This document shows positions 50,002-57,541 of a DNA stretch of 64,000 nucleotides, in pieces. The notes below the pieces were generated by a model. That model ran no database searches. It had not been told where the DNA came from and saw only the letters and a list, made by a program, of their open reading frames with translations. The translations under genes and the position numbers were made by a program. Positions within the stretch are counted from its first letter, which is position 1, and every line of letters starts with the position of its first letter. The DNA is from Candidatus Poribacteria bacterium (GTDB lineage Bacteria > Poribacteria > WGA-4E > GCA-2687025), in NCBI GenBank assembly GCA_963665845.2, contig OY762492.1, positions 480,001 through 544,000 on the forward strand, given 5' to 3'.

Positions 50002-50727
50002 TCAAAATTCAGCGCCGGCTCTCTTTAAGGCTGCCCATACCGCCGCCGATTTGCCTGACGGATCGACCGACAGCGCGCCCGCCGGCCCGTATACCTTCAC
50101 ATCGTCGTAGGACGCCTGCGTCGCCCATGTCGCCACGCCGATGCGTCCAACGCCGTCCCGCGCCGCGTCTTTCATTTCGGCGACCTTCTCGTCGTTCAGG
50201 TAGAGCGTGTAGCCGTCTGCGCGGTTTTCGATGCGTATCTCGTACCATTCATTCGTTGCGATGGTATGGTTCGAGTGCGCGCCGGAAATTCCGCCGCCCC
50301 ACGCTTCGACCTGCGAGCGGGAGTTGTTCCATCCGCCGAGGTTCCACCAGTATTGCAGCCTTGCCTGTTCCGCCATGCGCGGCGGATGGTCTCGAAGCGC
50401 TTTTCCGCGCGGCTCCATCGTCCCCTGACAGCGAAACATGATCAGAAAGCCCTCGGCGCCGCCGGTCTTTTTGCCGCGCACTTCGTAGGTGTACTCCACC
50501 CAGCTCTCGTCCCAGTACTCGTCCGCGACGACCGACATGGCGTTCGATTCGCCGCTCTTTTGGAGGTATTCGCCCCCGTTGAATTCCCAGGTTCCCCAAA
50601 GGTCAACCCATTTCTTGTCGGACTCGTTCACATTGGAGAAGTCGTCCTCAAAGTACAATTGCGCGTCAGCAGAGATTGTCCACGCCGCCGTCAACAGAAC
50701 CATGATGAGCAAGATCGTTTTTTTCAT
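50002..50727 (-). CDS. Exported concanavalin-A-like (DUF1080-like) protein with C-terminal VDPxxK...WAxLK motif
   Basis: Signal peptide; FEDDFS, WYEIRI, GRIG, YDDVKV; ends VDPSGKSAAVWAALKR. Confidence 0.8.
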   Translation of the reverse strand: MKKTILLIMVLLTAAWTISADAQLYFEDDFSNVNESDKKWVDLWGTWEFNGGEYLQKSGESNAMSVVADEYWDESWVEYTYEVRGKKTGGAEGFLIMFRCQGTMEPRGKALRDHPPRMAEQARLQYWWNLGGWNNSRSQVEAWGGGISGAHSNHTIATNEWYEIRIENRADGYTLYLNDEKVAEMKDAARDGVGRIGVATWATQASYDDVKVYGPAGALSVDPSGKSAAVWAALKRAGAEF

Positions 50728-50860
50728 GTCGACTCCTTTTATGCGGTTTTACAATGGCCGCATGTTAATGGACAAACGCTTTGGGCGCAACATGTAGGCT
50801 GGCATGGGCGTTCTTAGCAAACGGGGATAGGCATATTCGTCTTTTGTTCGAGGATTCTAA

Positions 50861-51020
50861 GATTCCCGCTTACGCGGGAATGACGGAATGGGAGGCGGGA
50901 ATGACGGAATGGGAGGCGGGAATGACGGAATGGGAGGCGGGAATGACGGAATGAGAGGCGGTTCGTTAAAGAGCGGGGCGGTTCGTTCCCCCCTTGAAAA
51001 GGGGGGTTAGGGGGGGTTTA
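50861..51020. repeat. REP followed by 21-bp tandem repeat (x4) and hairpin repeat
   Basis: GGGAATGACGGAATG(G/A)GAGGC at 50876, 50897, 50918, 50939; CCCCCTTGAAAAGGGGGG at ~50989. Confidence 0.9.
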
Positions 51021-51050
51021 AAGAGCGGGAGCGGCAAACTGCGACGCCTT

Positions 51051-52109
51051 TTAAAAGCGCGTCTCGGCGCGTTTCTCGGCGGATTCATACAGCGCGCTGG
51101 TGATCTGGGCGACGATCATGCCGATGCGCCCTGTGTCGATCGGCTCAATCCGCTCTAAGACGCTCCACACAAAATGGCGCTGCGAATCCTCATACCCCGC
51201 CGAGCTTTGCCCCTGTTGCCGCAGGCGCCGCTCGTAGCTGTCCAGGTTGAAGGAGACATTCGCGTCCATTCCGTAAAGGTCGGTGTAGAAGGTGAACGGG
51301 TTCAGCCGCAGCCCGCCAAGCGATCCGAACAGCTTGTCGCCGTCGAACTCGCCGAACGCCGCCCATGCCTCTTCGACGATCATCGTCACATCGTTTTTAA
51401 AGCGGACGACGCCGGCGGCAAACTCTTCCACATCGAAGCCGCTGTCGGCGCGCCGTTTTTCGTCCATCGGAATCTCGGTGAAGACGGAGCCGCTTGCCGT
51501 TTCTGGTTCGGGCATGCCGAGAAGATACACCATGCGCGCCATGTTGTAGATGCCGGTGTCGGCGAGGGTTCCGCCGCCCGATTTTTCTTTCTGTACAAAA
51601 TGCGTTGTGGCGTACCCGTCCACATAGACGCGCCCTTTGCGCCTGCCGTGGCTCGTTTTCACATAATAGACGCGTCCGAGCGCGCCGTCCTCAATGAGCC
51701 GTTTTGCCGCTTTCGTCTCGCGCGTGAAGACGGTGCCCATCTGTACATGGAGCTGCTTGCCCGCTTTCTGGGCGGCTTCGTACATCGCCTGCGCTTCATC
51801 GCCGGTACGCGCCATCGGCTTTTCGCAGTAGACATGTTTGCCCGCCTCCAGCGCGGCGATGGACACGGGCGCATGCAAAAAGTTCGGCAGGCACACATCC
51901 ACCGTGTCGATCTCATCAACGGCGAGCAGGTCGCGGTAATCCGAAAAAACGCGCCCGATGCCGTTCGCCTGGGCGACGCGCCGCGCCTCCGCTTCGTTGA
52001 TGTCCGCCAGCGCGACCAGCTCCACATCGCCGCGCATCTCCATATACCGCCGAACATGCGACTTGCCGATAATGCCCGCGCCGACGACGCCCGCTTTCAG
52101 TGTTGGCAT
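51051..52109 (-). CDS. Gfo/Idh/MocA family oxidoreductase
   Basis: VGAGIIG, HVYCEKPMA, SGGGTLADTGIY. Confidence 0.9.
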   Translation of the reverse strand: MPTLKAGVVGAGIIGKSHVRRYMEMRGDVELVALADINEAEARRVAQANGIGRVFSDYRDLLAVDEIDTVDVCLPNFLHAPVSIAALEAGKHVYCEKPMARTGDEAQAMYEAAQKAGKQLHVQMGTVFTRETKAAKRLIEDGALGRVYYVKTSHGRRKGRVYVDGYATTHFVQKEKSGGGTLADTGIYNMARMVYLLGMPEPETASGSVFTEIPMDEKRRADSGFDVEEFAAGVVRFKNDVTMIVEEAWAAFGEFDGDKLFGSLGGLRLNPFTFYTDLYGMDANVSFNLDSYERRLRQQGQSSAGYEDSQRHFVWSVLERIEPIDTGRIGMIVAQITSALYESAEKRAETRF

Positions 52110-52130
52110 GCTGTTTTCCTCTGCCTTTGC

Positions 52131-53180
52131 TTAAAACTGCTCATACTCGTCTGGGCGGAGCCGCTCGGAGGTACTTGTTTGTTTCATCTGTACCGTCACC
52201 GTTGCGATGGTACCGCTCTCTTCGCCTGTCATGGACATGACCGCGTTGTTGATGATCTTGGTTTTGACGGGCCACCGATCCTCCTTGGAGATATGGACGG
52301 TACCCTCCATGTCGTACGATTCCATGTTGAGCGCGAGATTCACGCCCTCAATCTGTAGCGAGGCGGTTCCCTCCGCCAGCTTGCCTTCGCCGGTCAGCTC
52401 TAAAACGTGGGACGGAATTTTTTTAACGACCTTGTCCCCTTGGCGCGACCAGTTGAGCTGAATATCGGTCGTTATGGAGGTACCTTCCAGCTCCTCCTCC
52501 ACCTGCATCTCCTCTTCCCAAAGGTACTCGTTCAGCTTTGGGTAAACGAGGCCGGGAGCGATGATGTTGTGCTTCAAGCTCGCCTCGTTAAGGAAATCGA
52601 GGCTGGGTCCGCCGCTGTCGCCGCCGATCGATTCCAGCGCTGTCAAGAATTCCTTCGCCGCCGTCTTTTTGATTTCGCCGCGCGGCGTCATCGTGATTTT
52701 AAACGGCTCGTTCAAAAGCGACTTCGCGGATTCGGTTATCTCTCGGCTCGTTTCCTCCTTCATCTGCTCAATCTCCCCCTGCGGAAGATCCGGCGGAAAA
52801 GCTCCGCTAATGCCCGTCAAGGCGACATCAAACTTCTTATACTTCGTTTCGATGATCCCGTTCCCGTTTTCGACAACCTCAACAACGCGCTGCTCAATCA
52901 CCGAGTCGATCTCAAATTTCATTTTGATCGCTCCGGCGGGAGTGTTGATCGTCATTTCGATTTTCTGCTTGTCGCGGTAGGCGAACAGATCCCCCTCCTG
53001 CAGCCGAAAGCGGAGCGGGCCGTCTGTCTGCTCTGTCAGCTCCGTCGGCGACAGCGGCTCAACAGCTTCCTCCGTCGGCGTCAACAGCCCGTCCGTCTGC
53101 CCCGCCGGCGGGAGCAGACCCAACATCGCCAGCGCCAAACCTGTCAACATATACCGCGCCATTCGCCGTTCGTTCATCAT
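52131..53180 (-). CDS. Exported beta-rich hypothetical protein (DUF6263-like)
   Basis: Signal peptide; LRFRLQEGD, F.ITMTPRGEI. Confidence 0.7.
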   Translation of the reverse strand: MMNERRMARYMLTGLALAMLGLLPPAGQTDGLLTPTEEAVEPLSPTELTEQTDGPLRFRLQEGDLFAYRDKQKIEMTINTPAGAIKMKFEIDSVIEQRVVEVVENGNGIIETKYKKFDVALTGISGAFPPDLPQGEIEQMKEETSREITESAKSLLNEPFKITMTPRGEIKKTAAKEFLTALESIGGDSGGPSLDFLNEASLKHNIIAPGLVYPKLNEYLWEEEMQVEEELEGTSITTDIQLNWSRQGDKVVKKIPSHVLELTGEGKLAEGTASLQIEGVNLALNMESYDMEGTVHISKEDRWPVKTKIINNAVMSMTGEESGTIATVTVQMKQTSTSERLRPDEYEQF

Positions 53181-53218
53181 TGCGCTCCTTCGCCGTTGCC
53201 GTTTTCCTCTGCCTTTGC

Positions 53219-54262
53219 TTAAAACTGCTCATACTCGTCTGGGCGGAGCCGCTCGGAGGTAATTGTCTGTTTCATCTGCGCCGTCACCGTATCGATGGCG
53301 CCGCACTGTTCGCCTGTCATGGATAAGACCTGGTTGCTGACGATCTTGGTTTTGACGGGCCACCGATCCTCCTTGGAAATATGGACGGTACCCTCCATGT
53401 CGTACGATTCCAGGCTGACCGCGACATCCACGCCGTCAATCTGTAGCGAGGCGGTTCCCTCCGCCATCTTGCCTTCGGCGGTGAATTCCAAAATGTGCGA
53501 CGGGATTTTTTTGACAACCTTGTCCCCCTGACGAGACCAATCGATCTTCACATCGGTCGTCACAGAGCTGCCTTCCATCTTTTCAACGACCTTCATCTCC
53601 GACTTCCAGACATACTCCTCCAGCTTTGGAAACTCGAGGCCAGGGACAATGCGGTTTATCTTCAAGGTCTCTTCGGCGAACCAATCCTTGAAGGCGATCG
53701 GCAAGCCCGCAGGGAGTTCTATCGATTCTACCGCCGCTAAGAACTCTTTTGCGTCCACTTTTTTGATTTCGCCGCGCGGCGTCATCGTAACTTTGTACGG
53801 CTCGTTCAGGATCGGCGTTAAAAGCTCGGTCATCATGCGGCTCGCGGTCTCCATCGCCTGGTCAATCTCCTCCTGCGAAATGCCTGGCGGAACAAGCCCG
53901 CCAATGCCCAACAAAACGATGTCAAACGTCTTAAACTTCGTTTCAATGATCCCGTATCCGTTTTCTGCCACCTCAACAACGCGCTGCTCAACCACCGAGT
54001 TGACCTCATACTTCATTTTCATCGGTCCGCCGGGAGTGTCAGCGTTGATTTCGATTTTCTGCTTGCTGCGGTAGGCGAACAGATCGCCCTCCTGCAGCCG
54101 AAAGCGGAGCGGTCCATCGACTTTCTCCGCCGGCGTCAGCGGCTCAACCGCTTCCTCTGTTGGCGTCAGCAGCCCGTCCGTCTGCCCCGCCGGCGGCAGA
54201 AGACCCAACATCGCCAGAGCCAAACCTGTCAACACATACCGCGCCATTCGCCGAGACCGCAT
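53219..54262 (-). CDS. Exported beta-rich hypothetical protein, tandem paralog
   Basis: N- and C-termini nearly identical to 52131..53180. Confidence 0.7.
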   Translation of the reverse strand: MRSRRMARYVLTGLALAMLGLLPPAGQTDGLLTPTEEAVEPLTPAEKVDGPLRFRLQEGDLFAYRSKQKIEINADTPGGPMKMKYEVNSVVEQRVVEVAENGYGIIETKFKTFDIVLLGIGGLVPPGISQEEIDQAMETASRMMTELLTPILNEPYKVTMTPRGEIKKVDAKEFLAAVESIELPAGLPIAFKDWFAEETLKINRIVPGLEFPKLEEYVWKSEMKVVEKMEGSSVTTDVKIDWSRQGDKVVKKIPSHILEFTAEGKMAEGTASLQIDGVDVAVSLESYDMEGTVHISKEDRWPVKTKIVSNQVLSMTGEQCGAIDTVTAQMKQTITSERLRPDEYEQF

Positions 54263-54340
54263 CGCGCTCTCCTTTTCAAAACCTTCAACACCGTTTCTAC
54301 ATTTAAGCATATATGAAAGAGACCGGAAATGCAAACGAAG

Positions 54341-54422
54341 CTGACCTTATGCTAAAAGTTGGGACATTTGAGCCGACGATCGCTCTATTCATGGGAAAAA
54401 GGCGCCGCCAACCAATCCGTCA
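54341..54422. repeat. MITE left arm ending at the IS-interrupted REP
   Basis: CTGACCTTATGCTAAAAGTTGGGACAT...TATTCATGGGAAAAAGGCGCCGCCAACCAATCCGTCA. Confidence 0.8.
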
Positions 54423-54438
54423 TTTGTATGATGACATT

Positions 54439-54619
54439 GCCCCTAGAGTAAGCGCATACTTAAGGGGTAGCGCGGTGAGACTCCAGACCGTCTTGGGCGC
54501 GTTGCTTCGCAGCGGCGCCGTGCGGGAGTATCGAGAGCCGCGCAAAGAAGACAAGAAGAACCGGCGGCTCCGGACAGATGTTGTGCATTCGTGCAGAATA
54601 CAAGTAGGGAGGCCGGTCC
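54439..54619 (+). ncRNA. Predicted bridge RNA of IS110 copy 2
   Basis: Guides ACCGTCTT 54487-94, GCGGGAG 54522-28, ACAGATGT 54574-81, ATACAAG 54598-604 inside stems GCGCGG/CCGCGC and ACCGG/CCGGT; ends approximate. Confidence 0.85.
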
Positions 54620-54653
54620 TTCTCGTCCTTTTTCTCCAGAAAGGAGAACGAGC

Positions 54654-55847
54654 ATGAGTCTAACTCAGACCAAGACAAACAGCAACAAAATCGTCGCCGG
54701 AATCGACGTGTCCAAAGACACGCTTGAAATCTCCATCAACGGCGGGAAAACCTCCACCATTAAAAACGCCGCGAGCCCCATCAAGCGGTTCATCAAACGC
54801 CTCCTGACGACCCACCCCAACATCAACATGGTCGTCTTTGAACCGACCGGCGGATACGAGCGGAAACTGGCGTCGCTGCTCGCCGAAGCAGAGATCCCTT
54901 ACCGCCGCTGCCATCCAAACTACCCCCATCACTTCGCCCGCTCCCAGCGCGTCCGCGCCAAGACCGACCCGCTGGACGCCAAGATGCTCGCGCTGTATGG
55001 GCTGAAGAACGATCTGGAACCGACGAAGCCAATCGATCCGGTCGTGAAAAAGGCTCGCCGCTGGATGACGATACGCATGCAGCTGGTGAAAACGATCACT
55101 CAGTGGACCAATCGGAAGCATCTGCTGGACAGCGAGGCGACCAAGGATGCGACCGAAGAGATCGTCCAGTCCCTGAAAGAGAAGCGTGACGCGGCGGAGC
55201 AGGAATGTCTGGCATTGGTCAAGAAAAATGCCGATCTCCACGCAAAGTTCCGTCTGTTGGAGAGCATTCCGGGCTTCGGGGTTCTCATTTCCGCGTATCT
55301 GGTTCTTTATGTGCCGGAGTTGGGCGCGCGCAGCGGCCGTCAGATCTGTTCCCTGCTTGGTTTGGCTCCTTGGGCGCGCGAGAGCGGCAAGTCGACAGGT
55401 CGGCGCCGCATTTGGGGCGGTCGGAGCGATGTTCGCGCGCTTCTGTATATGTCGGCGATGTCGGCGATACAGTATAACCCGGACATGAAGGCGTTTTACG
55501 AGCGTCTGACGGATCGCGGCAAGCCTGGGAAGGTCGCGCTTACGGCGGTGATGCGGAAGTTGGCGGTTCTTGCGAACGCGATTCTGAAGCGTGGAACGCC
55601 TTGGGTTCCTTCGGATGAGTTGCCTTCTTTGGCGTTGTCGGAAGAGTCGGCGTCTTCCGATGAGCAGGATGAAACAGCGGCTGCGGCGCCATCGGAAGAG
55701 TCGGGGTCTTCCGATGCGTCGGTCGCGGCGCCGACCGGAACATCTGCGTCTTTGGATGAGGCTGACGGGGAGGCGCTGCCGGCGCCTGGAGAAGCGCCGG
55801 CAGCGGCGTCTTCGGATCCGCCGTCAAGCGACAGGACGCAAGGCTGA
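54654..55847 (+). CDS. IS110 family recombinase/transposase
   Basis: AAGGAG RBS; AGIDVSK, FEPTGG, KTDPLDA, RESGKS. Confidence 0.96.
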   Translation: MSLTQTKTNSNKIVAGIDVSKDTLEISINGGKTSTIKNAASPIKRFIKRLLTTHPNINMVVFEPTGGYERKLASLLAEAEIPYRRCHPNYPHHFARSQRVRAKTDPLDAKMLALYGLKNDLEPTKPIDPVVKKARRWMTIRMQLVKTITQWTNRKHLLDSEATKDATEEIVQSLKEKRDAAEQECLALVKKNADLHAKFRLLESIPGFGVLISAYLVLYVPELGARSGRQICSLLGLAPWARESGKSTGRRRIWGGRSDVRALLYMSAMSAIQYNPDMKAFYERLTDRGKPGKVALTAVMRKLAVLANAILKRGTPWVPSDELPSLALSEESASSDEQDETAAAAPSEESGSSDASVAAPTGTSASLDEADGEALPAPGEAPAAASSDPPSSDRTQG

Positions 55848-56151
55848 TGAAAACATCTTTCCGAGAGACAGCTGCGGCGGCTCCTTCGGCTCTTGCCGAA
55901 AAATATCCGCCGCGGCGACTTTCTGGACTACGGAGAACGAGATATGGTTGACTTTGAACACAGATACTCCCGCGCAAGCGGGAATCCAGAGTAGACACCC
56001 TCCGCATCCTAAAACGGCTTTAAAATCAAAATCATCGTCTATAGAGACCGCCTCTAGCAGCGCAGGCGGGCAAAAGGCGCTATACTATGCTTTCATGATG
56101 CTCATGGATATTCATGGGCTTGTCGCGGATTCCGCGGGGAAGGCTTGGAGC

Positions 56152-57531
56152 ATGAAACGAACGGCGCCGTTCATCGCGCTCGCACTGTTCGCGCCGCTCT
56201 GTATGTCGGAAGGCGTCCGCCTGTCTGCCGGCGTGGATTCGGCGGATCAGCGCGCGCCCGCCGCCGCCTTCTCCGACGGAAGACTCTTTGCGGTCTGGCA
56301 GGACGCGCGGGACGGCGGCAAGCTGTATGGGCAGGCGTACGACGCGGACGGCTCGCCTCTCTGGGAGGAGAACGGACGCGCTCTCGTCTCCGCGAAGGGC
56401 AACCAAGGGACTCCCGCTGTCGCGCCGGACGGAAGCGGCGGCTTCTTTCTCATCTGGATGGACATGCCGAACCGGCATCGAGAGCTGTACGCGCAGCGGT
56501 TCAACAAAGACGGGGAGCCTGTCTGGGAAAAAACCGCCGTCGCAAAGCACGGAGGCGGCATGGACGACCACCGCATCGCGCTTGACGGCAAGGGCGGGCT
56601 GTATATTATCTGGGAAGATTTGCGCAGCGGCAACCTAGACGTCTACGCGCAGCGGCTCTCGGCAAGCGGGGAGACACTCTGGGAAGCGAACGGAACGAAG
56701 CTCACCGCCTCGCCCGACAACCAGTACGACCCCGCCGTTTCAGCCGACGAGAAAGGTTGCGTCGTCGTTTGGTGGAATGTGCCGGCAGCGGAAGCATGGC
56801 AGGTATACGCCCAGCGGGTGTCGCCTGAAGGGAAGCCGCTATGGGGGGAGGGCGGAACGCGCGTATGTCTCAACACGAGCGGACAGACGCTGGGGGCGGT
56901 CGCCGCGGACGGAGCGGGCGGAGCCTTCGTCTTCTGGGTCGACCATCGAAACGAGCTGGATGCGCAGATGAATCTCGACATTTATGTACAGCAGTTGGAT
57001 CCGAGCGGCAAGCGTCTCTTGTCGGAGGAGGGGCGCGCCCTCTGCGAGGCGCCCGGCGCGCAGATCGAGATTGCGGCGCTGCCGGACGGAAACGGCGGCG
57101 CCTACGCCGTCTGGACAGACCTGCGCGACCGGTATGAAGACATCTACGCCCAGCGCGTCTTGCCGGACGGAAGCGACGCCTGGCAGGCGAACGGCGCGCC
57201 GGTATGCGTCGAAGGGGGGCGCCAGCGTTACCCGCGCATCGCCCCCGCCGAGGACGGCTTCTGGATCGCATGGTACGATTACAGGCGCGAACTGGAGGAG
57301 CAAACCTTTCAGGATGTGTATCTGCAGCGCATGCGGGCGGACGGGTCGACGGCGCTGCAGGAGGGGGGCTTCCCGATCGCCGAGCGTCCAGGGCAGCGCA
57401 TCGAAATGAGCGTCTACGCTGGAAAATCGCGCGCCGCCGCCTTCTGGACGGAGCAGGCGGACCAGTTTAGCGGCATGGACATTCGCGGATGGGTCTCCCC
57501 GCCCCGCGCCGCCGTTCCAAACAAGGAGTAA
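56152..57531 (+). CDS. Exported beta-propeller protein (about 7 W.D.R...DIYAQR repeats)
   Basis: Signal peptide MKRTAPFIALALF; repeats DG.GG....W.D.R....DIYAQR....G...W...G. Confidence 0.8.
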   Translation: MKRTAPFIALALFAPLCMSEGVRLSAGVDSADQRAPAAAFSDGRLFAVWQDARDGGKLYGQAYDADGSPLWEENGRALVSAKGNQGTPAVAPDGSGGFFLIWMDMPNRHRELYAQRFNKDGEPVWEKTAVAKHGGGMDDHRIALDGKGGLYIIWEDLRSGNLDVYAQRLSASGETLWEANGTKLTASPDNQYDPAVSADEKGCVVVWWNVPAAEAWQVYAQRVSPEGKPLWGEGGTRVCLNTSGQTLGAVAADGAGGAFVFWVDHRNELDAQMNLDIYVQQLDPSGKRLLSEEGRALCEAPGAQIEIAALPDGNGGAYAVWTDLRDRYEDIYAQRVLPDGSDAWQANGAPVCVEGGRQRYPRIAPAEDGFWIAWYDYRRELEEQTFQDVYLQRMRADGSTALQEGGFPIAERPGQRIEMSVYAGKSRAAAFWTEQADQFSGMDIRGWVSPPRAAVPNKE

Positions 57532-57541
57532 GGAGAAAGGC

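Larger units (their letters stand above)
54423..55968 (+). mobile_element. IS110-family (IS621-like) insertion sequence, copy 2, inserted in a REP
   Basis: Junctions TCCGTCA-TT-TGTATG and ACAGATA-CT-CCCGCGCAAGCGGGAATCC; same insertion base as copy 1. Confidence 0.95.

Noticed and set aside
50876-50960. Possible CRISPR mini-array (also 35329-35403 and 40383-40475)
   Set aside because: Units are 21-22 bp (or a ~43-bp duplication) with identical spacers within a locus, derive from the REP end, and no cas genes are present
55591-56151. Apparent 646-aa fusion of the IS110 end with the propeller protein
   Set aside because: The extension is an alternative frame through the IS tail and REP; a signal peptide and GGAG RBS mark the real start at 56152
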